Shown piece after piece: positions 1-9,624 of a stretch of 64,000 bases of DNA; within the stretch, counting starts at the first letter, position 1, and every line of letters begins with the position of its first letter. A program made the position numbers and the translations under genes. The stretch comes from Desulfuromonadales bacterium. GTDB lineage: Bacteria > Desulfobacterota > JAENJC01. The notes under the pieces are model-generated. The model searched no databases. It saw only the letters and a list, made by a program, of their open reading frames with translations, and was not told the DNA's origin. The stretch lies in NCBI GenBank assembly GCA_919902985.1, contig CAKKSC010000021.1:29676-93675 (forward strand), in the 5' to 3' direction.

Positions 1-891
1 GCAGAAACAGAACTTGACAAGCATATAGTTGAAGAGCTGGCAAACCCCCTCATCCACATAATAAGGAACTCTCTTGATCACGGCATTGAAGCTGCGGAGG
101 AAAGAAGGAGGGCGGGTAAGAAGGAAAAGGGGCTGATAAAGGTCAGCGCCTCTCAGAAAGGAAGTCATGTTGTTATTACGGTGGAAGATGACGGCAGGGG
201 AATAGACCATGATATGGTGTTGCGTAAAGCTGTAGAACTGGGTCTGGCCGAGAAAGGGGCCGTTCTGAAGAGGGAGCAGATCCTTGATTTCATGTTTCTT
301 CCAGGCTTTAGTACAAAGGAGAAGGTTAGCGAGATATCAGGCCGAGGCGTGGGGATGGATGTGGTCAAGAAGAACATCACAGACCTGTCGGGAATGGTAG
401 AGATAGAGACGGAAAAAGGGAGAGGGACTACAGTTATGTTGATACTTCCTCTGACCCTGGCCATTGTTAAGGCGCTGATCGTGGAGGAGGCGGGCTCTGT
501 ATACGCAATTCCGCTGAATGCTATACTTGAGAATTTTGTCCTTGAACCATCTAAAATCGAAACGATTGAGACCAGTGAATTCGTCTATCTCCGGGACACA
601 ACCCTGCCCCTCATCAGGCTTTGCAAGTTTTTTCAGCTTTCCGATAACTGTAAAAATGGAAATTACGTGGTTGTGGTAGGACTTGCAGAAAAGAAACTGG
701 GACTTGTGGTGGACGGGCTCCGTGGGCAGCAGGATATCGTTATGAAGTCGGTGGGAAAGAGGTTAGAAGAGGTAAAAGGAATAGCCGGCGCCACTGACAT
801 TGGGCAGAAGACCATCCTGGTGCTGGATGTCGGAGACATAATGGATGAATGCATGAAGGGTCAGGGGGGCTCCAGACTGGCCAAAGGATAG
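1..891 (+). CDS. cheA: Chemotaxis histidine kinase CheA, C-terminal part (HATPase_c + CheW-like regulatory domain); 5' end lies outside the window
   Basis: Reading frame is open from base 1, so the gene is 5'-truncated. Translation shows the G1/G2 ATP-binding boxes (DDGRGID, GRGVGMD) followed by a CheW-like domain. It sits directly upstream of cheW. Confidence 0.85.
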   Translation, partial: AETELDKHIVEELANPLIHIIRNSLDHGIEAAEERRRAGKKEKGLIKVSASQKGSHVVITVEDDGRGIDHDMVLRKAVELGLAEKGAVLKREQILDFMFLPGFSTKEKVSEISGRGVGMDVVKKNITDLSGMVEIETEKGRGTTVMLILPLTLAIVKALIVEEAGSVYAIPLNAILENFVLEPSKIETIETSEFVYLRDTTLPLIRLCKFFQLSDNCKNGNYVVVVGLAEKKLGLVVDGLRGQQDIVMKSVGKRLEEVKGIAGATDIGQKTILVLDVGDIMDECMKGQGGSRLAKG

Positions 892-911
892 CGAAGGGGT
901 AAGGAGCTGTT

Positions 912-1703
912 ATGGATATAGCAGAGATAAGAGAGAAGGCGAAGCAGCTTAAGGACAGTGGAGAAGAACCTGCTTTAAGAAATGAAGAGGCTCTTTCCAT
1001 CAAGGAGGTCGAAATCCAGCCTGAACCGGTGCCACAGGTGGAGTTGCCGGAAGATAATGAGGCACAGCCTTCAACTGACGATGCTCCTGAGGTTGAGGTG
1101 CGGTCTAATAAGACGTTTTTTGATCTTGAAGAAGAGAATAGGGCAGGGGAGCAGATCTTGGAATCTTGGGAACAGAAACTCGTTCATGCGGCGCCGGAAA
1201 ATTTTGCGCCTATGGTTCCTGATCCTCTGAAGCCTGTGCCTTCTGCTGATGAAGAGGTAGACGAGAGCGACAACGAAGGAGCTGCTGAAGGGGAGGTAGA
1301 TGCCATTGTCTTTTCCCTTGACAATGAGGATTACGGTGTCGACATACGTCAGGTGAAGGAGGTGATAAAGGTCAGGGACCTGACCGAGGTCCCAAAGGCC
1401 CCGAGATATATCATGGGTGTAATATCTCTTCGAGGTGTTGTGATACCTGTGATGAACCTCAGAGGAAGATTTGGCATGCCGATAAAGAGCAGCGGTGAGC
1501 GGATTATCATAGTCAGGGACGGAACAGGTCTCCTTGGCCTCCTCGTTGATACCGTCAGGCATGTGGTAAGGGTCCCTGAAAAGAGCATAGAGCCTGCACC
1601 TTCGATTAACACCATAGATGGGGAATTCATCAGAGGGATAGGAAGGCATAAGGGCGGGATGTTTATACTGTTAGATATGCAGAAGATGCTGGAGTTAAAA
1701 TGA
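912..1703 (+). CDS. CheW-like coupling protein with a long acidic N-terminal extension
   Basis: RBS AAGGAG 5 nt upstream of the ATG. The C-terminal ~150 aa is a CheW domain (VDIRQVKEVIKV...IMGVISLRGVVIPVMNLR). The N-terminal ~110 aa is rich in Glu/Asp/Pro. Confidence 0.75.
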   Translation: MDIAEIREKAKQLKDSGEEPALRNEEALSIKEVEIQPEPVPQVELPEDNEAQPSTDDAPEVEVRSNKTFFDLEEENRAGEQILESWEQKLVHAAPENFAPMVPDPLKPVPSADEEVDESDNEGAAEGEVDAIVFSLDNEDYGVDIRQVKEVIKVRDLTEVPKAPRYIMGVISLRGVVIPVMNLRGRFGMPIKSSGERIIIVRDGTGLLGLLVDTVRHVVRVPEKSIEPAPSINTIDGEFIRGIGRHKGGMFILLDMQKMLELK

Positions 1704-2158
1704 GTAACGAGATACAGCTTGCCTGTTTTAAGGTCGGGGAAGAGAGATATGCGGCAGACATAATGATGATAAAGGAGATAATCCTTTACCACAAGGCGAC
1801 TCATATCCAAAAGGCCCCGGAATTCATAGAGGGGATCATTAACCTGAGGGAGAAGGTCATCCCTGTGATAAATATGAGGAAGAGGCTTGGGTTACATGCA
1901 ACAGAGCCGACCGCTGCAACAAGGATCATAATAACCAAGGTTGAGGGGAAGAATATAGGTTTAATTGTCGATTCTGTTCTTGGTATACTGAGAGTAGGGA
2001 AGGGAGATATCCAGCCTCCGCCCAGGATAATAAAAGGGATAGAGTCGGAATATCTGTCAGGAATAGTTAGAGACGGGGATGAGTTGATACTTATCCTTGA
2101 TATGGAACGTGTGTTGACCACTATTGAAAAGGTCCGGCTCGGGGAGTTCAGTGAATAG
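1700..2158 (+). CDS. cheW: CheW coupling protein
   Basis: 152 aa with a CheW domain (QLACFKVGEERYAADIMMIKEII...GIINLREKVIPVINMRKRLGL). Its ATG overlaps the stop of the preceding gene (ATGA). Confidence 0.8.
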   Translation: MSNEIQLACFKVGEERYAADIMMIKEIILYHKATHIQKAPEFIEGIINLREKVIPVINMRKRLGLHATEPTAATRIIITKVEGKNIGLIVDSVLGILRVGKGDIQPPPRIIKGIESEYLSGIVRDGDELILILDMERVLTTIEKVRLGEFSE

Positions 2159-2195
2159 TAACGACTATTTGCTGATTTCAGGGGGTAAATGAATT

Positions 2196-3116
2196 ATGAT
2201 TGCGGTATGTCCTAAGTGCAAGACGAGGTTTAAAATAGATGAGTCGAAGATGGCTGGGGCAGGGGTAAAGCTGAGGTGCTCCAAGTGCAGGACGGTATTT
2301 ACTGTAAGGAAGAAGGCAGCTGATCGTGAGACCAGAGCGCCTTCTGCAGCCGCCAAGTCTTACAAGGTACTCATAGCAAACAGCGATGAAGACATCTGCA
2401 GCAGAGTAGAGGAGATCCTTAAGAATGAGCATTTTGAAGTCTTCAAGGCCTATGATGGCGTTGACGCCCTTGCCATAATTGAGAAAAACAGGCCCAATGT
2501 AGCCATACTCGATGTGGCCCTTCCGATGAAGTACGGTTTTGAGGTTTGTGAGCATATCAAGGGTCACGTGGAACTAAAGGAGGCTGTCAAGGTCATCCTC
2601 ATGGCAGCCATTTACGACAAGACAAGGTATAAGAGGAATCCCACGTCGCTTTATGGGGCAGATGATTTTATAGAGATACACCACCTTCACGATGACATTG
2701 TCCCGAAGATAAACAGGCTCATATTGTCTTCAGAGCATGAGCCTGCCGCGGCTGGAGCGCCTGCGAAGGAGGCGGAAGAGGTGGTAACCCGGGAGGTAAA
2801 ACCAGAGGCGCCTAGCGGAAAAGATTTAGAGACATTGAGGGCCGGAGAGAAGGTGATTGACGATAAGGACAGGGATGTCCAGGAAAAGGCGAGACGTCTG
2901 GCCAGGATAATTGTATCGGACATTGCCCTTTATAATGAAGACCTGGTATCTGAAGGGGTAAGGAACAGCAACTTATATAAGCTCCTGAAGGACGATATAA
3001 AAGAGGGGCTGGAGCATTTTAAGAAAAAGGTTTCCCCATCCATATCTGCGGAGACTTACCTCAAGGAGGCCTTTCAGGATTTTATCTCCAAGAGGAAGCT
3101 GGAGATGGGGCTTTAA
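2196..3116 (+). CDS. MJ0042-type zinc-ribbon + CheY-like receiver domain protein with a C-terminal domain of unknown function
   Basis: The N-terminus has CPKC...CSKC double CxxC motifs. The receiver-like core is KVLIANSDED...ILDVALP, and the conserved Thr/Ser position is partly degenerate. It lies in the che operon. Confidence 0.55.
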   Translation: MIAVCPKCKTRFKIDESKMAGAGVKLRCSKCRTVFTVRKKAADRETRAPSAAAKSYKVLIANSDEDICSRVEEILKNEHFEVFKAYDGVDALAIIEKNRPNVAILDVALPMKYGFEVCEHIKGHVELKEAVKVILMAAIYDKTRYKRNPTSLYGADDFIEIHHLHDDIVPKINRLILSSEHEPAAAGAPAKEAEEVVTREVKPEAPSGKDLETLRAGEKVIDDKDRDVQEKARRLARIIVSDIALYNEDLVSEGVRNSNLYKLLKDDIKEGLEHFKKKVSPSISAETYLKEAFQDFISKRKLEMGL

Positions 3117-3153
3117 GGCTGTGTGAGATGTGAGATGTGAGACTCAAAATAAC

Positions 3154-3183
3154 CAAGGGCAGCCCTCTGTGGCTGCCTTATTT
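3154..3183 (+). terminator. Candidate Rho-independent terminator / attenuator hairpin
   Basis: Hairpin GGCAGCC-ctctgt-GGCTGCC followed by TTATTTGT. It sits between the Zn-ribbon/REC gene and the HEAT-repeat gene. Confidence 0.4.
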
Positions 3184-3199
3184 GTGAAGAGGTAGGACG

Positions 3200-5014
3200 A
3201 TGATTGAAGATATGAAGAAAAGGCTTCTGGAAGGTGACGAGGAAGAAAGGAGGGTGGCGGTGGAGGCCCTCGGCGGAGTGAGAGATAGGGAGGCTGTTCT
3301 ACTTCTTGTCTCAGCACTTGGAGACCAGAGCTGGAGGGTCAGGAAGACCGCTGAAGAAATACTGGAGGGTTTTACAGAGGAAGAGAGTCTGGTCCCGGCC
3401 CTTATAGGGTCCCTCAGGTCCGAAGACAATGCAGGGATGAGAAACTCCGCTGCCTCTGTTCTGGTGAGAATAGGGTGGTCTGCAATTCCATATCTGATAG
3501 AGACATTGAAGGATGCTGACAAAGATATAAGGAAGTATGCAGCAGACATACTGGGAGAGATAGGAGACAGGAAGGCAATCTCTCCTCTTATTAACGCCCT
3601 CAGGGATAGTGATGATAATGTCAGGTCTTCCGCCGCAGAGGCGCTTGGAAAGATAGGGGGTGATGAGGTTGTTAACTCCCTTGTCTATGTCCTGACGAAT
3701 ACGGAGGATGACATCTGGCTCCGCTATTCCGCCCTGGAGGCGCTGGGAAAAACCGGAAGCAGGATGCCTATTGGGCCCATTGTCACCTTGCTGGATGAAA
3801 AACTTTTAAGGAAAGCGGCAATGGATGCCCTTGCCAAAAGCCGCGATCCGCAGGCGGTCCCTCACCTGCTTGCAGGCCTGCACGATAAAAGCAGGGGCTG
3901 CCGGGAGGCAGCGGTGACAGGTTTGAACAATATATACAAGTCCCTGCCTTTTCAGGAGAGGTTGGCGGTTGATGAAGAGATAAGAGGCAATGTCGAGCCC
4001 GGTTTATTGACAGGGCTTCTGGACTCCCCGTCTATAGATATAAAGCAAGGCGCTGTTGTTGTCCTCGGGATTATGGGAGGAGGTGCAGATCCATCCATGA
4101 TACTGGACCTTGCTTCAGATGAAAGGATGCAGGATGCCGTTACGGACGCATTTATCAAGATGGGTGAGAAAGGCCTGGAAGTCCTGACAGAGACCTTTTC
4201 AGAGGCAGATGATAAAATGAGGTCGTATATATGCAGGCTCATTGGGAAGCTTGGCGATAAAAAAGGAGTAGGCACCCTTACGAGCGCCCTCTCAGACCCT
4301 TACGGACATACAAGACAGTCGGCAGCCTTGGCAATAGCGGAAATCGGGGCTATAGAAACCCTTCCATTACTGGTTCCTCTGCTGCTTGATGAATATGAGG
4401 ACGTTGAAGAGGCCGCAGTCCAGGCCATCATCAGGTTATCCAAAGAGTCTCAGGGAAAGGCCATAAGTAGTTTACTGGATGGCATGGCTTCAAGGGAGCC
4501 CCATCTAAGGAGAAACATAACGGCGATCATAGGTGGGATAGGGAGTAAAGATGCATTGCCTGCAATCATATCATCACTCAAGGATGAGGATAGCGATGTG
4601 CGAAAGGCTGCGGCGACAGCCATAGGAAACCTCATGCTGAAGGAGGGGATTGACCATCTGGCCATTGCTCTGGCAGACGAGGACAGTCAGGTGAGGGTAG
4701 CTGGGGTCAATGCCCTGAGCAGATTCCAGAGCATTGAGGCAGGCAGGCTCCTGGCTCTTGCTTCTGATGACACGGATATATGGGTAAGGTGCGCCGCCCT
4801 GAAAGGCCTTTCAAAGATAGGCGACGAAAATGCCGAAAAGATACTGAGCAGAGCGGTAATGGATGAAGTGGGAGTCGTTGCCATTACTGCCATAGAATCC
4901 CTTTTTGCAATGAAGGGGGTGGAAGCTGTCGAAACTATCAAGAAAGGACTCCGTCACAACAACCCCGATGTGGCATGGGCTGCAGAAAAGACATTAAGCA
5001 AGACTGCAAAATAA
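3200..5014 (+). CDS. HEAT / PBS-lyase-like repeat protein (chemotaxis-operon associated)
   Basis: 604 aa built of about 15 tandem ~30-aa repeats with the pattern ...VRxxAAxALGxIGdxxAvxxLxxaLxDxdxxVR..., typical of PBS-lyase HEAT-like repeats. Confidence 0.7.
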   Translation: MIEDMKKRLLEGDEEERRVAVEALGGVRDREAVLLLVSALGDQSWRVRKTAEEILEGFTEEESLVPALIGSLRSEDNAGMRNSAASVLVRIGWSAIPYLIETLKDADKDIRKYAADILGEIGDRKAISPLINALRDSDDNVRSSAAEALGKIGGDEVVNSLVYVLTNTEDDIWLRYSALEALGKTGSRMPIGPIVTLLDEKLLRKAAMDALAKSRDPQAVPHLLAGLHDKSRGCREAAVTGLNNIYKSLPFQERLAVDEEIRGNVEPGLLTGLLDSPSIDIKQGAVVVLGIMGGGADPSMILDLASDERMQDAVTDAFIKMGEKGLEVLTETFSEADDKMRSYICRLIGKLGDKKGVGTLTSALSDPYGHTRQSAALAIAEIGAIETLPLLVPLLLDEYEDVEEAAVQAIIRLSKESQGKAISSLLDGMASREPHLRRNITAIIGGIGSKDALPAIISSLKDEDSDVRKAAATAIGNLMLKEGIDHLAIALADEDSQVRVAGVNALSRFQSIEAGRLLALASDDTDIWVRCAALKGLSKIGDENAEKILSRAVMDEVGVVAITAIESLFAMKGVEAVETIKKGLRHNNPDVAWAAEKTLSKTAK

Positions 5015-5270
5015 TATACAACCTAATAACTGCAAACCACAGAGGCCACAGAGATAAATTTTGGGTATAACTTTTCAATACCATTTTCTTCTCTGTGTTC
5101 TCGTGAGGTTGATTTAAAAAAATATCGGGTTTTTAAAAGTCCCCCTTTGAGTGCACAGAGAAAAGATTGAAAACAAGTTTATTCTTTTGTTATTAAAGGG
5201 TTTTCTCCGCGTGTCTGTGGTTAGATTGCAGGATTTAGGTACAATAAAACTCTTATATGTGGCGCATAGA

Positions 5271-6125
5271 ATGTTTGAAAACAAAAATATGGTAGAGATG
5301 CATGATGAGGAGTTTCTTCTTATAAGAGACTTTATCTACGACCACTGCGGACTCTTCTTTGAGACCGACAGCAAATACCTTCTGGAAAAGAGGCTTTCCG
5401 GGAGGATTGCCCTGCACCAGATCTCCAGCTACAGGGACTACTATCTATACCTGAAATACGACAGGCTCAGAGATGAAGAACTCAGTACTGTTTTAGACCT
5501 CCTCACAACTAACGAGACCTATTTTTTCAGGGAAGGGTATCAACTGAAGGCCTTTACTGAAGAAATAGTCCCGGAGATAACCGGCAGGAAGAGAGAGAAG
5601 GTGCTGAGGATATGGAGCGCCGGCTGTTCTACCGGGGAGGAGCCATATACAATAGCCATGATGCTTGTTGATCTTATGAAAAACGGGGTCCTTAACGGAT
5701 GGCATATAGAGATACTTGGAAGTGATATCTCCCAGAGGGTCTTGGGAGTAGCCAGGAAGGGGGCATACAGTCCCTCTTCATTCAGGGAGACGGATAAAAG
5801 GTATATGTCATATTTTGAAGAGGATGATGGGAAAAAGAGGATAAAGGATGAAGTCAGAAAGCTGGTAACTTTTACTCACCTGAACCTTCTGGATTCAAGT
5901 AAGATAAGTCTGCTGAAGACAATGGACGTAATATTTTGCCGAAATGTCATAATATATTTCGACATCAAGGCAAAAAAGAGAGTTATGCAAGAGTTTTATG
6001 ATAGACTTGATAAAGGAGGTTATCTGCTGCTTGGACATTCGGAGTCATTGATGAACATATCTGCACTATTTGACCTGAAGCACCTGAAAAATGACATGGT
6101 GTACCAAAAGCCCTTTGCTGTGTAA
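5271..6125 (+). CDS. cheR: Chemotaxis protein methyltransferase CheR
   Basis: Shows the SAM-dependent methyltransferase motif LRIWSAGCSTGEEPYTIAMML and the CheR C-terminal region. The ORF is open from 5151, but the first plausible ATG (MFENKN...) is at 5271. Confidence 0.85.
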   Translation: MFENKNMVEMHDEEFLLIRDFIYDHCGLFFETDSKYLLEKRLSGRIALHQISSYRDYYLYLKYDRLRDEELSTVLDLLTTNETYFFREGYQLKAFTEEIVPEITGRKREKVLRIWSAGCSTGEEPYTIAMMLVDLMKNGVLNGWHIEILGSDISQRVLGVARKGAYSPSSFRETDKRYMSYFEEDDGKKRIKDEVRKLVTFTHLNLLDSSKISLLKTMDVIFCRNVIIYFDIKAKKRVMQEFYDRLDKGGYLLLGHSESLMNISALFDLKHLKNDMVYQKPFAV

Positions 6126-6211
6126 AACGATAGAAGGATGAAATTATGTAGAGATGCCCCGGTTGGGCGTCTAAGACGGGTCACCGACCCATCTATACGG
6201 AGGTTTTTCAG

Positions 6212-7267
6212 GTGGAAAAGATAATAAAGGTACTTGTCGTAGACGACTCTGCCTACAACAGGATGATAATAACGGACATGTTGGAGTCATCCCCTGTTGT
6301 TAAGGTGGTGGGGGTGGCATTGGATGGCGAAGACGCCATAAAGAAGGCCATTAACCTCAAGCCTGACATAATTACGCTGGACTTGGAGATGCCAAGGATG
6401 GACGGTTTTACCTTCCTCAGGATAATGGCAAGCAACTTTCCTATTCCGACCATAGTGGTCAGTTCTCGGAGCGACGATCCGAACGTGTTCAAGGCCCTTG
6501 AACTTGGCGCAGTGGATTTTATCGCAAAGCCGATCCACCAGGCATCCCGCGAGCTTTTGAAGATCAGGGATGAACTTATTTATAAGGTCGGGATGGCCGG
6601 CCAAGTGAGCATAGACAGGATAAAGACTTTGCAGGTACCTGCCGTCGCCAAGTCACCTGCGAAAGGGATTGTTCCGTCCACTGCGGGAACAGGGTTTCCC
6701 GTGGTACTTATAGGGGCATCTACCGGGGGTCCGTCGGCGCTTCAGGCTGTCTTATCGATGCTCCCGCCGGATATACCGTCTGCTGTCGCCATCTCCCAGC
6801 ATATGCCTCCGGGGTTTACAAAGACCTTTGCAGAGAGGCTCAACAAGTTGTCTCCATTTGAGGTGAAGGAGGCCGAGAATGGGGATATCATCCGTCCTGG
6901 AAGGGTGCTTATATCTCCCGGAGGATTCAATATGACCTTTATTAAAAAGGGGGCATCTGTGGCAGCCTGCCTTCTGCCTGGTGAGGATATGGACAGGTAT
7001 ATCCCGTCCATAAACAGGATGTTTGTGTCAGCCTCTGAGTTATTCGGCAGCAGGGCAGTAGCTGTTGTCATGACAGGGATGGGAAACGATGGAAAGGAAG
7101 GTGTAGTAAAGATAAAGAGTGCAGGGGGAAAGATCATTGCCCAGTCAGAGGATACATCGGTTATCTTCGGGATGCCGAGGGAGGCAATTGCAACAGGTAT
7201 GGTAGACGTGGTATTGCCACTCCAGGGAATTGCAAAGGGGATAGTGGCAATGTGCAAAACACAATAA
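6212..7267 (+). CDS. cheB: Protein-glutamate methylesterase/deamidase CheB (REC + methylesterase)
   Basis: GTG start with a GGAGG RBS. The N-terminal receiver has VLVVDDS...ITLDLEMPRMDG. The C-terminal CheB catalytic domain has VVLIGASTGGPSAL and ...GMGNDG... Confidence 0.9.
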   Translation: MEKIIKVLVVDDSAYNRMIITDMLESSPVVKVVGVALDGEDAIKKAINLKPDIITLDLEMPRMDGFTFLRIMASNFPIPTIVVSSRSDDPNVFKALELGAVDFIAKPIHQASRELLKIRDELIYKVGMAGQVSIDRIKTLQVPAVAKSPAKGIVPSTAGTGFPVVLIGASTGGPSALQAVLSMLPPDIPSAVAISQHMPPGFTKTFAERLNKLSPFEVKEAENGDIIRPGRVLISPGGFNMTFIKKGASVAACLLPGEDMDRYIPSINRMFVSASELFGSRAVAVVMTGMGNDGKEGVVKIKSAGGKIIAQSEDTSVIFGMPREAIATGMVDVVLPLQGIAKGIVAMCKTQ

Positions 7268-7268
7268 A

Positions 7269-7367
7269 CCCACCCTCACCTTAATCCTCTCCCTGAGGGA
7301 GAGGAAAGTCTTTTCTCCCCTTCAAGGGTTTATGCCCTGTGGGTAGAGGGTTAGGGTGGGGATGGGG
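7269..7367. repeat. ~100-bp GC-rich palindromic intergenic element; a second copy at 35261..35350 is in inverted orientation
   Basis: The reverse complement of 7269..7367 matches 35261..35350 at roughly 90% identity by eye. Shared blocks are ccccatcccc.ccct.accctctacccacagggcataaacccttgaagggga and tcctctcc.tcagggagaggattaaggtgagggt. Confidence 0.6.
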
Positions 7368-7419
7368 TAAATAAGGTATTTCTATGGCAAAAGAGTAAAA
7401 GGCAAAGCCAAGGGCAGTT

Positions 7420-9252
7420 ATGATTCAGGAGATAACCCTTCACGGGAGGGTTGAAAACAGTATAGAGTTCTATGCCACTATCGCCGGACGCGGACTGGTG
7501 TACAGCTATTTTTATGAACCCTCAGAAGGCTCTTCAGACAGGTTCTTTTTCGGAGGGAGAGAGTTTGTTATCGATAAGGAGGGGATAAGGCACAAAGGTA
7601 ACGGCGGCAGCGTTTGCGAATATATGTTCGGCGTTGAGCAGCCGTTGAAAGACATGGTAAGAAGGGACGTATTGAACCGGCTTGCCATGTATGGGGCCTT
7701 GTTTGATGACGAAACAGGAAAGGTGATATTCACAGACAAGACAGACGGGTATTGCATGTATGACAGGGTTTTTCTGGAGGGGAATGCCGTAAGCAACTAC
7801 TACTTCTTCATAGATATTGACCTGCGCGGAGATATTGGCTCCCAGCAGGAACAGATACTTAAACTTGTCGGAAAGACCCTCAAATACTCCCCTGCAGTAG
7901 GGAAGGGGGACGATGTTTCTCTTATGAGGGAATTGACCACAGACTTAGACGGCTATAACCCTGTCATATTTCTCTTCCGGCTTGTGAACCGCTACCACAA
8001 GAAGTACTACGACCTTTTCAGGGACCTTTATGCTGAGAAGAAGGAGATATCTCCGAAAGGTGAGAAGGTGCTGTCTTCTCTTGTGGAAGAGTTCAATATA
8101 GACCAGTATCAGCAGGAGAGGATAAAGATTGATGTCATATACAACCATCCGGAGAACAGGCGCGTTCTGGATGAGTACAAGGATATCCTCATCTCTCTGG
8201 AAAAAATGGAGGAGATAGACCATTCCTATATAACCTCCCTAAACAGGCTAAGATCGCTGGCCATGAAGAACAATATCCCTCTCTCCCTGTTTGATCTCCT
8301 GGATGAGCTTCTGCTTAAAGACAAGAAACTTCTCCAGGGTGAGGAGCCTGACTATATCAAGCACAGCAGGGCATTGCTGGACGGGCTGTTCATAATAGAA
8401 GGCGGGTTTGGAGCAATCCTGAGCAAGCAGGACCTTGTAAAACTCCTCTTTGACAAGAAGCGTTCCCTGGAAAACAGGGACCTGGCGTTTGACAGTCTTT
8501 TGCTGGATATAGGAAAGGCCTGTGACGACAGCTTTCAGAAGGGCGACTCGAGGGCCATGGAGAGGTTCAGTGAGCTCATCACATATTTCGATAGATTTGA
8601 TACTACATCTTCCATGATCAGCATGATGGCCTTTATGGATGAGGATATGCCGATAGAAAAACTGAGGAGTATACTTGGGAACAAAAGGGCCATTGAGGAA
8701 ATACAGGAAGGGCTCTTCGAGTCCCTTTTTATCTCGGACCTACTTAAAAATAAATATATTTCCTCTTCAGGCAGGAGGAAGGTCTTAATTCTGAGCAAGG
8801 GGCTTGATGATGTCGAGAAGGGGTATAAATCCCTGAATGAAATTACCAGCACTATCGCTCATATTAATGAAGAGGACAGGATATACCATCTTCTATACAG
8901 CACCGCAAGGGAGAAGCTGAAAAAGATACCAGGCGCTATGGAGGGGAAAGGAGATTCTGACAAGCTTCTAAAGGAGGTACTGAAAAATCTTCTTCATGAA
9001 GGCCCTATAAAAAGAATACCAAGGGAGATAATGAAGAGGGTCTTCATAGCGCTTAAAATGGAGATATTCTATGTCAATGATATATTGCCGAAGATAATGG
9101 ATACATTTGACATGAAGCCGAGGGGGGATTTCCTTCATAACAGCGGGTTTGACAGGTTCTACGTAGAGGATATAGAGAGGCAGTATATGGAAAAGTACGA
9201 TGTCCCCCCGGAGATAGCAAAGAGGTTCCGGGAGCTGGTTGAACAGGGGTAG
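7420..9252 (+). CDS. Uncharacterized 610-aa protein embedded in the chemotaxis operon
   Basis: Long ORF co-directional with cheB and the second cheR. I could not recognise any catalytic motif. It is rich in Lys/Glu helical repeats. Confidence 0.5.
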   Translation: MIQEITLHGRVENSIEFYATIAGRGLVYSYFYEPSEGSSDRFFFGGREFVIDKEGIRHKGNGGSVCEYMFGVEQPLKDMVRRDVLNRLAMYGALFDDETGKVIFTDKTDGYCMYDRVFLEGNAVSNYYFFIDIDLRGDIGSQQEQILKLVGKTLKYSPAVGKGDDVSLMRELTTDLDGYNPVIFLFRLVNRYHKKYYDLFRDLYAEKKEISPKGEKVLSSLVEEFNIDQYQQERIKIDVIYNHPENRRVLDEYKDILISLEKMEEIDHSYITSLNRLRSLAMKNNIPLSLFDLLDELLLKDKKLLQGEEPDYIKHSRALLDGLFIIEGGFGAILSKQDLVKLLFDKKRSLENRDLAFDSLLLDIGKACDDSFQKGDSRAMERFSELITYFDRFDTTSSMISMMAFMDEDMPIEKLRSILGNKRAIEEIQEGLFESLFISDLLKNKYISSSGRRKVLILSKGLDDVEKGYKSLNEITSTIAHINEEDRIYHLLYSTAREKLKKIPGAMEGKGDSDKLLKEVLKNLLHEGPIKRIPREIMKRVFIALKMEIFYVNDILPKIMDTFDMKPRGDFLHNSGFDRFYVEDIERQYMEKYDVPPEIAKRFRELVEQG

Positions 9253-9334
9253 CCTCTCGCCTTCCTTGACAAACTCAAAATCCGTGGTAAGTTTTGTCAT
9301 CTTCTAACGAGGTCAACAATGGCACGCATTTTGA

Positions 9335-9382
9335 ACTCACTCACTCACTCACTCACTCACTCACTCACTCACTCACTCACTC
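9335..9382. repeat. Perfect tetranucleotide microsatellite (ACTC)12
   Basis: actcactcactc... runs uninterrupted for 48 nt in the intergenic region, ~80 nt after the 610-aa gene and ~240 nt before the second cheR. Confidence 0.95.
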
Positions 9383-9576
9383 ATAAAATCCACTCCTTAT
9401 TCATAATGAATCGAAAAGTAATTATATTCACGAATGGCACGAAGAAAAGAAATATGTTTTTCTATATCTCCCCTGACCTTACCCTCCGGGCATAAACTCT
9501 TTTCCAAACAGGGGAATATCGAAGATCATAGTAGCGGTACTCTTTACGGTTGCTAATTTGTTGGTGCAGGTATAAT

Positions 9577-9605
9577 GTAGGGGCGGGTTTGAAACCAGCC
9601 CCTAC
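9577..9605. repeat. GTAGGGGCGGG-loop-CCAGCCCCTAC hairpin (REP-like) in the 5' leader of the second cheR; a sister copy is at 59956..59984
   Basis: A near-perfect palindrome sits immediately after a TATAAT hexamer (9571..9576) and before the AAGAGG RBS. The same arm sequence recurs between panC and panD. Confidence 0.5.
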
Positions 9606-9624
9606 GTGCGCCGCAAGAGGATGT

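Noticed and set aside
3121-3142. (TGTGAGA)x3 tandem heptamer just after the Zn-ribbon/REC gene.
   Set aside because: Only three units, in a 3' UTR next to a terminator-like hairpin. Too short to argue for slippage or function.
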